64,000 bases of DNA from Octopus vulgaris (GCA_951406725.2 OX597821.1:18972001-19036000), one strand, 5' to 3'. Shown: positions 44,286 through 56,851, numbered from the stretch's first letter. Notes: generated from the letters alone by a model not told the origin. Numbers and translations are program-made.

Positions 44286-44830
44286 GCTTATTTATTCATA
44301 TTTTTTTTCACTTTTTATTATCTCTATGCTACTTTGATTTGCTAACCATATATTTTATACAAGTTATTCACTTTGAGTAAAATAAGTTCAAATATTTAGT
44401 AATTTAAAATCCCGGTATAGAGGAGTAATATAAAATTCACATGAAAAAAACATGCAAAGAAAAATAATGTCATCACTACAGTGACTACCGATATCAAACA
44501 GATAACATTGATTACTACTCTCCAAAAACCAACACTTTCACAACATCACCACATCATGAAACAAACACGTCACCACCGCTTCTCTATCATTGCCATAACT
44601 TCAAATATTATATAAATACCAGCATTTCTATCACTTGTGTTACCGGTCAAGTTCAGATTTGTTCTCTTTATATCCATTGAATCTTTGCCGACTGCTATTT
44701 AAAGATAGGTTTTGAGTCTCGCTCGTCTCCAACCATTTTATGAAGTGAGTACTCAGATATCCCGGAAGGGAACTGTAAGATTAAAGTATATAAGCACAAA
44801 TGATTTAAATAGGTATGTATTCAAGTTTCA

Positions 44831-45288
44831 TTTATTCCCACTTAAAAGTGGATGTTCAGTTAGAACAAATTTTACTGCGGTAGACGCTTGTTTCTTTATC
44901 TCGCAAGCAGAGAGATAAATCCTCACCAACTCCAAAGCTGAGATCACCAGATCACACCATTTCGATCTTCATCTGTCTCATTTTTTAACAAGCTAACTAG
45001 CTAATCGTGACACCAGTACCTGAGCTGGCACTACTTTCCTATATTTATCCCTAGCAGAGATAAGTCGCCGTTATCTCTAGCGGTCGAATGTCCATCACCA
45101 ATGAGATCAAAGAAGATCGAAATTATGTGATCTGGTGGTCTCGGCACTGGAGTTTGTGGGGATTTATTTCCCCGCTGGCGATATAAATAAACAAGAGTGC
45201 GTTTTCCACGAAAGCTTATATGAGAGTTTCGCTCGTGGTATCTGCGTCACTAAAGTTTGTTCTTACAGAACATCTAAGTTAGAATAAA
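44831..45288. mobile_element. MITE-like element with long imperfect terminal inverted repeats
   Basis: gatgttcagttagaacaaa / tttgttcttacagaacatc and caccagatcaca...ttcgatcttc / gaagatcgaa...tgtgatctggtgg; arms of about 150 bp. Confidence 0.7.
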
Positions 45289-45642
45289 TATTAACTTCCG
45301 GTATTAATATTACCTCTGTCGCAAGTTACATTCTTTCCTTTTATTAATTCGCCATCTGCAATTTTGACTGATTTCACTGGAAATCAGTGAAATAAGGGTA
45401 TAACTGATTTCAAGTTAGTAGCAGAGCACATGCCCAAAGTAAATGTGTGGAAGTTGAATTAAATGTGGCTTTTGAGATTCATGTGTATGTCTCATAATCA
45501 CACGGGCGTACACACGGATAGTCATACACTCACACACTTAAGTATGCATGCGCGAGCTTGTGTATGTGTGTGGATTTTACGAATATACACAAAGAACTGA
45601 TTCTGTGATAATGCCAATATCTGCTGTTGGATAAGAAGTGTG

Positions 45643-45727
<85 letters not shown>

Positions 45728-45728
45728 G

Positions 45729-45797
<69 letters not shown>
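45643..45797. repeat. (TATC)n microsatellite
   Basis: Read directly from sequence. Confidence 0.95.
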
Positions 45798-45798
<1 letters not shown>

Positions 45799-46658
45799 CG
45801 TTTGTACAAGTATCTCTGCTTGTATATTTATGTATTTATGTTTATATATATAGACACACACACATACATACGTACATAAATGCTCACAAACAACAGCAAC
45901 AACAACACACACACATGTAATATACATATAATATATGTGTGCCACTATGTGAGATGTCTGTGCATATGTGTGTCTTTGTTGATGTATGCGTGTTCGTTTA
46001 CAAAAAATATATATACGATATGCATACGTGAGTGTGTGTGTTTGTGTGCGCGCACCTGCGTGCATCTTTATGTATTTAAACGTACATACATTTGCATACA
46101 TGCATGCATACATACATACGTACATACGCACGTACATACATACATATTTGCATGTGTTTGCGTGTGTACACAAGCACATTTTATATGCGCCTTAATACAA
46201 TTACTGCCGTGAAATAAATTTGAGAGAACGTTAAATAATGAAATCAAGTATGAAACGAGAAAAGAATGGCTCCAACATCCTGTAATGTCAACATGTCTGG
46301 CGTCTCAATAGAATTTCTAATTTGCTGAAAATGTAAACGGTAGAGATCTCCTTAGATGATAGTCAGTTCGTCTTGTTGTTTCTTCACCTCCTCCAACACA
46401 CAAAAACATTGCTGATGTTGCCGTTGCTTTGAATGACGTCATATCTGTAAATGTTCAATGACGTATGCGGCACACATTAAAATGGCGTCTGATGTCAATG
46501 ATTAAATTTTGTTTTATACGAAAGCAACTATTATACAATGGAATACAATGGAAGTTAGCATTGGATTTCTTTTTTTTAAATAAATTTAAATGAAGCACAC
46601 AAAATCATATCAACAATCGTGGAAATTAAACACAAAGACGAAGTATGAAAACAAGGGA

Positions 46659-46712
<54 letters not shown>

Positions 46713-47363
46713 GTGTGTGTGTGTGTATGTGTGTGTGTTGTGGAATGAAGAAAATAGAAGTTAGTTATTTATTGTGTTGGCTTTTAATAGTTTCTGATAT
46801 ATGCACAAATTCAGCGGCTTTTCAGGGAAAGATTTCGTCGATGCCACAGGTTTGAGTATGGGGTCGATGATGTTCCTCAACCCCATATTTACAGTTGGTA
46901 TTTACAGGGGTTGAAAGGCAACGTTGACCTTGTATTTGAAGCCAAAACGTAAAAATCCGGAACAAATACCGTTCAGCATTAAGACCGACGTTAAAGCAAT
47001 TTTGCTAGCTCGCCGCTTTACTTTTAGTGGAATATAATGGCAGGATGTTGTAACATTTGATAGTTACTGAAGTTTAGTATATTATATCAGAGTGTAATAC
47101 TGATGGTGTTAACGTTTGGTCATAGATCGACACTACTCGAGATGACTTGTCACGAACGGTATACCATCTGAAGCCATCAAATATTTCTCGGGAAATTTAA
47201 GACTTAGTCCTATAATATAATCGTAATATTTTGTAAGGTGGTGTGGTTGAATTAGACGCGTATTTAGTGACCATTTGTTGCAGGTTGAGAAACGGCATAG
47301 CGGCTCCGGAGTATTATTGTTGCCTTCGATGGACTGACTGGAAAATTATACGCCTAGACAAAC

Positions 47364-47400
<37 letters not shown>

Positions 47401-47403
<3 letters not shown>

Positions 47404-47706
47404 CAATAATAAATCTCTAAGCGAGGTATAAACAGTAACTGCTCTGTAATATAAGCGGGACCAGCCATCTGAATGTGGCTAGGGACAGGGCGGGGTGGTG
47501 GGGGTGTTACTGATGCATTTAGCCCCAGGCGACTATAGACGTCACCAGGAGAGCCGACACCATCACGGTGTCCTTGCTAGCCTGTAAAGGACACCGTGAT
47601 GGTGTCGGCTCTCCTGGTGACGTCTATAGTCGCCTGGGGCTAAATGCATCAGTAACACCCCCACCACCCCGCCCTGTCTCTAGCCACATTCAGATGGCTG
47701 GTCCCG

Positions 47707-47712
<6 letters not shown>
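47401..47712. repeat. Near-perfect palindrome (~125-bp arms, ~12-nt loop) of the structured 3' end also seen at 18636-19191
   Basis: 47449-47575 is the reverse complement of about 47587-47712; (TA)n on both sides. Confidence 0.85.
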
Positions 47713-47747
<35 letters not shown>

Positions 47748-47770
47748 ATACAATATGTTACATTACTCGG

Positions 47771-47844
47771 TAGTCAAGATAAAACTCTGAGTTTCAGATG
47801 CCGAAGTGGAAATCCACAACACCATCTCTTCGGTTATCTGGCTA
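47771..47844 (-). ncRNA. Hammerhead ribozyme motif (variant CCGAAGA core) in the inverted pseudo-LTR
   Basis: Reverse complement of 49996-50069. Confidence 0.65.
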
Positions 47845-49995
47845 TTTGAAAACGTTATGAAAAAATACCGTTAAATAAAGGGAAATTACTCTGTTATAAC
47901 TCTGCTTGCCTGCGTACTTATACATCGCTCGCATTTTTCGTCATAAAAATTATATAAAAATACATAAAATATATATAAAAAATATATAAAAATATATAAA
48001 TTCTTCTTGGGACATAACATAGAAAGCATGTTCTATCTGTTTTCTTTAGGGCCCAAAAACGTAACAGAAATTTAGTCACATGTGGGCATGATCCGAAAAG
48101 CTCTGTCCTTGTATTTAGACATGTAGTAGGGTCTAAGCTGCTTTTCCAGATAAGCCATCTCTCCATGTCGCATAGACCGCACCTTCCGCTGCCGTTAGTA
48201 TAGGGCTTACATCTGGCCAAAATCTTCCATTGTATGTTATAATCGACACCTTTATCTCTTAAAGACCAAATATGATTAGACAATTGTGTCGCTTTTCTTT
48301 TGTTCCAGTGCCTAAAGCTCAAAGTGTGGTTATTGAACCTGGCCTTGAAATTACCCTCTGTAAGGCCCACGTATTTCTTCGTCGAAACGGTGTCTTTAGT
48401 GGTTATAGAGTTTACGGTAGCTTCATATATGATGGTCTTGGACATGCAAGCTCCATTTAGCGGGCACAATTCTTTATTCCTGCATGAACAGCTGTTTTCT
48501 TCTTGTGTTTTTTGTATGTTATGTTTGATTATGTTTTTAAAAATTGGTAGTTGAACTAAAACTAATTTTTAAATTGTGTCTATTGAAGAGTTTCCTATAA
48601 GTATGGTTAACTGGAAAATGTCTATCTATCAGTGCTAGGAAATATTTACCTATATTGACTTTTTCTCCTAGATACCTTAGGTAAGACATTCCCTAACGTA
48701 CATTTCGCCATCTACAAAGATGATGCCCTCGCCTTAACAGCTAATACAAATGGACCAGCACAAGATCGTTTTAGGAAGGATATTATCCAGTTAATGAAAC
48801 ACTTCGGACTTAGTATAACTATAGACACTAACCTGACGGTTGTCAATTTCTTAGACGTTTCCTTAGATCTTAATAAGAATATTTATAAGCCTTATAGGAA
48901 GCCCAATGATAGACTAAGTTATATTAATGTAGGTTCATGCCATCCCCCTATAGTATTCAAAAATTTAGTGAAAAATATTAGTAAGAGGATTTCTAGCGTC
49001 TCATCTGATGAGGACATCTTCAATAGCGTTGCCCCAGTTTATAATAAGGCTTTAAAAGATAGTGGTTTTAGCGATAAAATAAAATATACACCTATCACTA
49101 GCCCAACAGTAAGGAAAAGGAATAATAGAAATAGGAAGGTCATCTGGTTTACGCCCCCTTACTCACCCGAGGTGGCCTTCAATATAGGTAAATATTTCCT
49201 AGCACTGATAGATAGACATTTTCCAGTTAACCATACTTATAGGAAACTCTTCAATAGACACAATTTAAAAATTAGTTTTAGTTCAACTACCAATTTTTAA
49301 AAACATAATCAAACATAACATACAAAAAACACAAGAAGAAAACAGCTGTTCATGCAGGAATAAAGAATTGTGCCCTCTAAATGGAGCTTGCATGTCCAAG
49401 ACCATCATATATGAAGCTACCGTAAATTCTATAACCACTAAAGACACCATTTCGACGAAGAAATACGTGGGCCTTACAGAGGGTAATTTCAAGGCCAGGT
49501 TCAATAACCACACTTTGAGCTTTAGGCACTGGAACAAAAGAAAAGCGACACAGTTGTCTAATCATATTTGGTCTTTAAGAGATAAAGGTGTCGATTATAA
49601 CATACAATGGAAGATTTTGGCCAGATGTAAGCCCTATACTAACGGCAGCGGAAGGTGCGGTCTATGCGACATGGAGAGATGGCTTATCTGGAAAAGCAGC
49701 TTAGACCCTACTACATGTCTAAATACAAGGACAGAGCTTTTCGGATCATGCCCACATGTAACTAAATTTCTGTTACGTTTTTGGTCCCCTAAAGAAAACA
49801 GATAGAACATGCTTTCTATGTTATGTCCCAAGAAGAATTTATACATTTTTATATATTTTTTATATATATTTTTTATGTATTTTTATATAATTTTTATGAC
49901 GAAAAATGCGAGCGATGTATAAGTACGCAGGCAAGCAGAGTTATAACAGAGTAATTTCCCTTTATTTAACGGTATTTTTTCATAACGTTTTCAAA

Positions 49996-50069
49996 TAGCC
50001 AGATAACCGAAGAGATGGTGTTGTGGATTTCCACTTCGGCATCTGAAACTCAGAGTTTTATCTTGACTA
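49996..50069 (+). ncRNA. Hammerhead ribozyme motif (variant CCGAAGA core) in the PLE 3' pseudo-LTR
   Basis: uagcc-agauaa CCGAAGA gaug...cauc u GAAA cucagag U U uuaucu-ugacua; homologous to the canonical copy at 20937-21010. Confidence 0.65.
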
Positions 50070-50159
50070 CCGAGTAATGTAACATATTGTATAGATAAAT
50101 TTCCTCTATTTACATAATATTGAGGTCTCTATCTTTCTTTTGTTATCTTACCGTTTTAT

Positions 50160-50240
<81 letters not shown>

Positions 50241-50743
50241 AATTTATATAAATAAGGATAATATCGTTAATTTAAAATAAAATAACGATTTTATCAAGTG
50301 GTCAGCAGGGAAAAAATAGCCTTCAAAGGTAATAATTATTAAAATTATAAATTTTTTACTAGTTTCATCTTGTCTCTTTGTTTCTCTCCGTGTTGATATA
50401 TGGACTATTAAGGTGGTTTTAGAGTCAGATCATGGCTGCTATTTTCAGCATGGTGGTATCTCGTAGACACCCCAATTTATAATTTTATATATATATACAT
50501 GACCCTCTCTCACTCATTATATATATATGTGTGTGTGTATATATACGTATGTATGAGAGAGGATAAGAGAGAGAAAGGGAGAGAGAGAGGGGGAGAGAAA
50601 GAGAAAGAAAGAGAGAGAGAGAAGGGAGAGAGAGAATGTCTGGCTGAGAGTGTTCTGCTTAATCAACACCAGTGACGTGGAGCCTTATAGTCTAGTGTAA
50701 TGAATTTAAGAACTTCGTTCAACTTAAATTATCAAGTGATTAG

Positions 50744-50968
50744 AATAATAAATGAAATGAGAAATAAAGAGTGCTTCAAGCAATGCATAAAGTTAAAAAA
50801 CTAAAACCGATATAGTCAAAGAAATAAGAGTTTACATAGATTCTTCCCTTTTGGATTTCTTTGACTATATACTTCTGAATAGGGGCCTTTGCGCCCGAAA
50901 TATAATTTTTTTTTTGTTGAAATTCTGCAGTGTTAGCTTTCCTTATTTCTCATTTAATTTATTATTCT
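50744..50968. repeat. Nested inverted repeats with a degenerate hammerhead-like core
   Basis: agaataataaatgaaatgagaaataa / ttatttctcatttaatttattattct; tatagtcaaagaaa / tttctttgactata; ctgaatag-gggc...gccc-gaaa-tata at about 50875-50904. Confidence 0.5.
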
Positions 50969-51180
50969 ACGTCTGCACTACAGTACGTGAAGCGAACTGC
51001 AACGCTCTCCTTTTATCTAAGTGATTAGTTGACAAAAATCTCCCTACAAATGTGTTAAAAACCTATAAATAATAAACAAGTAACGTAACTCTTAAAAGAC
51101 TGGTTGATTGAAATGTTGTAGGGATATCATGGAAAATATAACTTGCCTTGAATTTTTGATTACAAACAATCTTCTGCATA

Positions 51181-51220
51181 GTACATGTTTCGGTATTATT
51201 ACATCTCCTCAGTGAAGTAT
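51181..51220 (-). ncRNA. Minimal hammerhead-like motif (degenerate)
   Basis: Minus strand CUGAGGA gaugu-aaua-auacc GAAA caug U A, with palindromic stem III; stem I is not maintained. Confidence 0.4.
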
Positions 51221-51249
51221 TTTCTACTCCGTGGGCAAAATATATAATT

Positions 51250-52060
51250 ATATAGAAACAGTGAGTTTTGTAGTATTTTTGTTATTTTCGTTTACTTTTT
51301 GTGTTGACCCTCTTGTGTTTTGTACTGTTGGCTGTGTATGTGGCGTTGGTTGTGATGGTGTTGGTGAAAATATTGGAAGTGTGCGTGTTGGTGTTGTTGT
51401 TGTTGTTGTTGTTGTTGTTTTCAGGTGATTTTGATTGCTTTTTGGGGGTACAGCTTGTTTATTTGTTGGTGCAATGTAGTGCCTTTTCTTGGTCTTTTAC
51501 GTGTCATTTCCTTCCATTCAATTCTGGGGGCCTCTCCGCACAGCACATCTGTCGTGTTTGTGGTCAGCACCTCTGTTGTTGGCATTTTTGTCTCTCGTGT
51601 AGTTGTTGTTGTTGGTGGGGGTGTGTTTGCGGGAACCCACTCTGCTTTGGGGTTGCTTCAGTTGTTGTAGTGAGGGTGGTGCTTGTACCAAGGTGGTTAT
51701 TCTGTCCGCATTGATAACATCTTGGCCTCCTGCCCTCAACTGTAACTTTCAGTATAGTGCCATATGGAAGGCTGAGTTGGCCAGGAATTTGTTCCAAGAC
51801 GTCCTTGTTTATTTGGACCATTAATTGCAATTCCTGTCCAGTCCAGTTGCTTTTTTCCTTGTTTCTCGACTTCGATGATTTCGATCTTATCTTCCAAGTC
51901 GAGGAGGACAGCTGCAACAATCCAGTAAGCGTTCATTTCTGGTGGTATCCCCAGTATTTCTTATCTGGGCGACACACCGTCCCAAGTATGTTGGAACTAG
52001 GACAAGTTCGCTGTTTCTCAGCTGGACTGTTGAGTGCTGTTTTGCTACGTCTTTTGTAGC
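51250..52060 (-). mobile_element. Tx1/L1-like ORF1 fragment with zinc knuckle
   Basis: LKVTVEGRRPRCYQCGQNNHL is homologous to VVVDGRRPRCYICGSEQHLKKDC at 60038. Confidence 0.7.
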
Positions 52061-52085
52061 AAATCTGATTTCTCTCTCTCTCTCT

Positions 52086-52432
52086 CTATCCGCTCAGTCG
52101 AAATCGACTCTCGGTCACTCGCTGGATCAGTGTTCTCCAGTCAGTTCTATCATGGGCTGCTTCTTTCAGATTGGCTATGTCCATTCCGGTATCCCCCTTG
52201 ATGGTGTCAAGCCAGCGGGTTCTTGGTCGGCCTCTTCCTCTCTTGCCACTGACCATTCCGAGCATGATGTCCTTCTCCAGGGGTTTTCTCCGCATAATAT
52301 GACCAAAATATGCCAATCTATGCTTGGTGATCCTAGCTTCTAGCGACATGTTCGGCCTTATCTGCTTAAGAACTTCTCCATTGGTGAGCCTCGCTCTCCA
52401 TGGAATCCGAAAAGTCTTCTCCAACACCAAAG
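52086..52432 (-). mobile_element. RTE-clade LINE 3' end
   Basis: RIPWRARLTNGEVL...RLAYFGHIMRR..LEKDIMLGMVSGKRGRGRPRTRWLD. Confidence 0.88.
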
Positions 52433-52659
52433 CTCGATTTCACATGTGCCATATTTCTTACCCCCTTGACAGATATGTTACGTCTTTTCAAATGGGTTGC
52501 AAGTATTTTTCAACTGCTTGCTTTGAGGCAGTTTTTAAACGTCTACATTTTAAAGATATAGCTTCGTACACTTACAGTGCGTTTGTTTGTATGTCTGTAT
52601 CTGGAGGTTTGTTTATCGAAACACATCTTTCGCTTTTACTTTTTAACATGTTTCTGTAG

Positions 52660-55115
52660 AAACATAAAGAACCATACTGGACTAGACGAATTTATGAGAA
52701 ACAAACAAAGTTAAAAAGACATTTAGGACAAGTTGATAGATTGAGAAGAGAGGAATTCCAGAACAAAGGCATAAGAATAATGCTAAGAAGAACATATAGA
52801 ATAAGAGATAAAGGTTATGATCTGATATTGGAAGAACTGAAACAAAGAGTAGGAGCAATCAAAGCAAAACTAGAAAGATATAACAAGAGAACAAAACAAT
52901 TCAGGAAAAAAAAGATTGTTTGAAGCAAATCAGAAGAGACTGTTTCAGGAACTAGATGGGCAAATACACGTAACAATGAAAGCAGATGCAGAGGAAAGGA
53001 AGGCATTGTGGAGAGGGATCTCAGAGCAGCCTATAGAGCATAATGATGACAAGCGGAGTTGCTGCATGAAATCCAAGATAGATTAAGAAATATAGAAGTC
53101 CAAGAAGACATAAAGACAACTACAGAAATGATAAAAACGCAGTTAAGAAAATTCCCAAATTGGAAGAGTCCAGAATGGGATAGGGTCTAAGCTGAGAGGG
53201 CTCCATGAAAGGATAGCACAACAACTAGATGAGTGCTTGTAGGAAGGCGCAGTATCCTGTTGGATGACAAAGGGAATGACACCCTTTCGCTGGATGACAA
53301 AGGGAATGACACCATTTCCCTGGATGACAAAGGGAAATACATTGATACCCAGAAAAAAGTGGGCTGCTACCCATTGAACACAAAGAGTGCTGAAAAAGGA
53401 GCCGGAGAACGAAAGATCAGCTCTTAATCGATAATCTAATTATCAGAAACTGCAAGAGAAGACATGCAAATCTGAGTATGGTATGGGTTGACTATCGCAA
53501 AGCATACGATATGATACCATACTCCTGGATGATAAGAACAATGGAAATATATGAAGTAGCAGAGAATATGAGTAGCCTTATATGGAATAAAATGAAATGC
53601 TGGAGAACGGAAGAGGTGAAAATCAAGAGAGGAATCTTCCAGGAGGACAGTTTGTCCCCACCTATACTCGTGCTGCGAATGATTCCCTTGAGTGAAATAC
53701 TACAGAAAGCAATGTTGGGGTATGATCTGGGAAGAAGTAAGGGAAAACAGAACAACTTGCTATTCACAAAAACTGAGGCAGAACTGGACAGCCTAGTACA
53801 GTCTGTGCGGATTTTCTCCAATGATATGAAGATGGAGTTCAGACTCTCAAACTGTGCTACGATGGTAATGAGACGAGGAGCGCTTGCCAGAACAGAAGGC
53901 ATATGGTTGCTAAGTGGGGAAATGATAAAGGCAATACAACCTCAATCCAGTTGCAATAGTTTTGTATGGTGCTGGAATCCTGAAGTGGACAGAGGAGCAG
54001 AAAAAGGAGATAAACAGGAAGTCAAGAAAGCTCCTAACGATGCATGGAACCTATCATCCACGTGCAGAATACTGATCGCCTATACACGAAGAGAACAAAT
54101 AGAGGAAGGGGACTGATAAGTGTGGAAGACTGCATGCATATCGAACTCGAGAGCCTAACGAGATACGTAGTCTACAGGAAGAAAACCTTGCTGGGGACAG
54201 ATAGGAACGAGGGAGTATTGAGAACAGAGAAAAAAGGGAAAACAAAGGAAGAAATACAAAACGGACATGGAAAATAATTACGCAAGAAGGGACACTCAAT
54301 GAGTTCCGTGTAGCCACAACAGAAGTTGCTACAAAAAATAGGTGGGACTAGGTGATGAAAGGAGCTCTAAAAGAAGAGACCGAGAGCACTATATTGGCAG
54401 CGCCAGGCCAAGCTTTGGCAAGGAACTGGAGGGTCAACATTAGGAATGAGTAAGTGTCTCTGCTGTGCCGCATCTTCAATAGAGTGGATGAAACCATTGG
54501 CCATATCAGGAACGAATGTCCTAGACTTGCCCAAAACCACTACAAGGTGTGGCAACCGACCAGGTTAGCGAAAGTGCTACATTGGAAACTGCGAAAAGTG
54601 GGGCTAGAGACAGGTAAGACGTGGTATGGACACAAACCGCAGAGCGCGGCGGAGTCGGAGACTAGCAAAACCTTCTGGGATTTTCCAGTACAAACAAATC
54701 AGGTGCAAGACTGGACCTATTGGCGGTACGGTAGAAAAGGTGCACCACATATGCTATATAGTTGATGTTGCATGCCCTTTTGACTCACGAATAATCAACA
54801 AGACAAGCGAAAAGATAAATAGACACAGCCCTCTTAAGTACCAAATAGCCCGGCTATGGAAAATATAGAAGGTGAAGATAGTGCCAATTATTGCTGGGTC
54901 GTTGGAAACAGTATCAGAAGGCATCAAGAGGAATATCAAGGAAATTGGAATAGAGTGCTCAGTATAACTGTTATAAAAGTTTTGCTTCTTTGGCACGGTC
55001 AGAATAATCAGGAAAGTATTAGACAGCTAAAAAGAACGAATAGAATGGTACCGTAGGCGGCAGGTAGCAATCCCTCTACGTATGCAAGACTCCAGAAGCT
55101 CCAACAAAACCTGTG
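52660..55115 (+). mobile_element. Degenerate R4/Dong-like LINE (RT, zinc finger, restriction-like endonuclease) followed by (TAA)n
   Basis: NWKSPEWD, MVWVDYRKAYDMIPYSW, IKRGIFQEDSLSP, DRLYTKRTNRGRGL, CRIFNRVDETIGHIRNECPRLAQ, IVDVACPFD; a 30-bp unit repeated about 3 times at 53260-53340; many stops. Confidence 0.85.
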
Positions 55116-55147
55116 ATAAAGAGATGATGATGATGCTGATGCTGACG

Positions 55148-55214
<67 letters not shown>

Positions 55215-55240
55215 TGATGATGATGATAATGATGATGATG

Positions 55241-55319
<79 letters not shown>

Positions 55320-55320
<1 letters not shown>

Positions 55321-55841
55321 TGATGCAGTACCAGGCAGTGGCTCTCATGGCTTCTGATCTTAACTGATTGGAAGTGTTATCATGTACATTGTTTTGTCTT
55401 GGTATAAAAGATGGGCTACAGCAAATATTCTGCTCAATACCACAGATTTGCTTGTCAGTTGTTTGACCTTAACCAGTTGAGCATGTCCCTTAGTGGCTGA
55501 CGATATGTGCATCTCTGATCACGAGCAGAAGTAGTGGGGGAGCATCATAGCCATGTGTTGAGAGGGATTCTTTGGGATTTGAATAATTCACCTCTGGAAA
55601 CATGGGTGGTTTTTTCAACATCCTTAAACAACCCTTATTCAGGGACCTTTTGAGTGGGATGGGCTACTCAACCTGAAGAAAATTCTAACTGGGCCCCACC
55701 TGCAAGGTCATGTGCTGTTTATCATGGTTGTGATGCATGTGCCTGGTGTACCCTTATCAGACGGGTAGTCATGATGGGTATATTGGGCTTCGTATATTTT
55801 ACCCCAGTGTCACTTTGATGGCATGCACTGCTCTCTCACTC
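55320..55841 (+). mobile_element. (TAA)n-inserted non-coding element, same family as 39717-40272
   Basis: ctgatgcagtaccaggcagtgg ... gcactgctctctcactc-(AAT)n. Confidence 0.78.
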
Positions 55842-55876
<35 letters not shown>

Positions 55877-56114
55877 ATCACACGTATTGAGAAGAGCATT
55901 GTCGATGTGAGAACTATTACTACCCATGTATTTTAATTTAACTTTATTTCTATAAAAAAAAAAAAAAGAACGAACTAGTGAGTTTAGTTTAATGGCCTAC
56001 CAATGTGTACTATGAGTTTCTTTGCCCTAGGAGTCGGGAAAGCACTCGGCAAGAAATGGAAGCAAATTTGAAAGAAAAAAAATAATAATAATGATGATTA
56101 TTATTATTATTATG

Positions 56115-56480
56115 GTTTCAAATTTTGATATTATGGCCTACAAGTTTGAGGGATAGGGTAAATCGATTATATCGGCTCCATTGCTTGACTGGTACTTATT
56201 TTATCGACCCCGAAAAGATGGATGGAAAAGCCAGCCTCAGTGACTTTTGAACTGAATTTAACCGTAATAAACACTGCTTAGCATTTTGTCCAGTATGATA
56301 ACGATTCTGCCAGTATGCCACCTTAAATGAGTCTTTCTAACTGTGGCGTAAGAGCAGCAATTTTGAGGGAAGGGGCAGGTTAGTTACATCGTACTTAGTC
56401 TTTGATCGCTGCCTTAATTTATCGTCACTGAAAGGATGAAAAGCAAAAGCAAACCTCGGCTGAATTTGAAATCAGAACAT
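56115..56480 (-). mobile_element. Degenerate Nin-domain SINE units
   Basis: ggtacttattttatcgaccccgaaa motifs. Confidence 0.6.
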
Positions 56481-56653
56481 TAGGCGCAGGAGTGACTGTG
56501 TGGTAAGTAGCTTGCTAACCAACCACATGGTTCCAGGTTCAGTCCCACTGCGTGGCATCTTGGGCAAGTGTCTTCTGCTATAGCCCCGGGCCGACCAATG
56601 CTTTGTGAGTGGATTTGGTAGACGGAAACTGAAAGAAGCCTGTCGTATATATG

Positions 56654-56686
<33 letters not shown>

Positions 56687-56845
56687 TTGTGTGTCTGTGT
56701 TTGTCCCCCCAACATCGCTTGACAACCGATGCTGGTGTGTTTATGTTCCCGTTACTTAGCGGTTCGGCAAAAGAGACCGATAGAATAAGTACTGAGCTTA
56801 CAAAAGAATAAGTCCCGGGGTCGATTTGCTCGACTAAAGGTGGTG
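56481..56845 (+). mobile_element. tRNA-derived SINE with CORE-like segment and internal (TG)n
   Basis: aggcgcaggagtgactgtgtggtaag...ggttcagtccc...cttgggcaagtgtctt. Confidence 0.8.
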
Positions 56846-56851
56846 CTAGTA

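Larger units (their letters stand above)
47746..50162 (+). mobile_element. Naiad-like Penelope retroelement: 5'-truncated RT-GIY-YIG copy preceded by a 0.9-kb inverted copy of its 3' end
   Basis: Plus strand from 48662: IYKDDALA, NFLDVSLDL, YKPYRKPN, RKVIWFTPPYS, then CSCRNKELCPLNGAC (CxCx5C linker), IIYEA..YVGLTEGNFKARFNNH, CGLCDME, LNTRTELFGSCPH. 47746-48658 is the reverse complement of about 49179-50095; (TA)n on both sides. Confidence 0.88.

Noticed and set aside
47640-47712. Twister or pistol ribozyme assignment for the structured repeat
   Set aside because: UAACAC...GGUCCC resembles twister, but the motif is not conserved in the 18636-19191 copies and the pseudoknots could not be built.
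49347-49760. Selenoprotein Naiad
   Set aside because: The endonuclease Cys codons I checked are TGT/TGC, the frame has no TGA, and I saw no convincing SECIS.
53260-53340. CRISPR-like 30-bp repeats
   Set aside because: Head-to-tail tandem duplication without unique spacers, inside an R4-like LINE; eukaryotic context with no cas genes.
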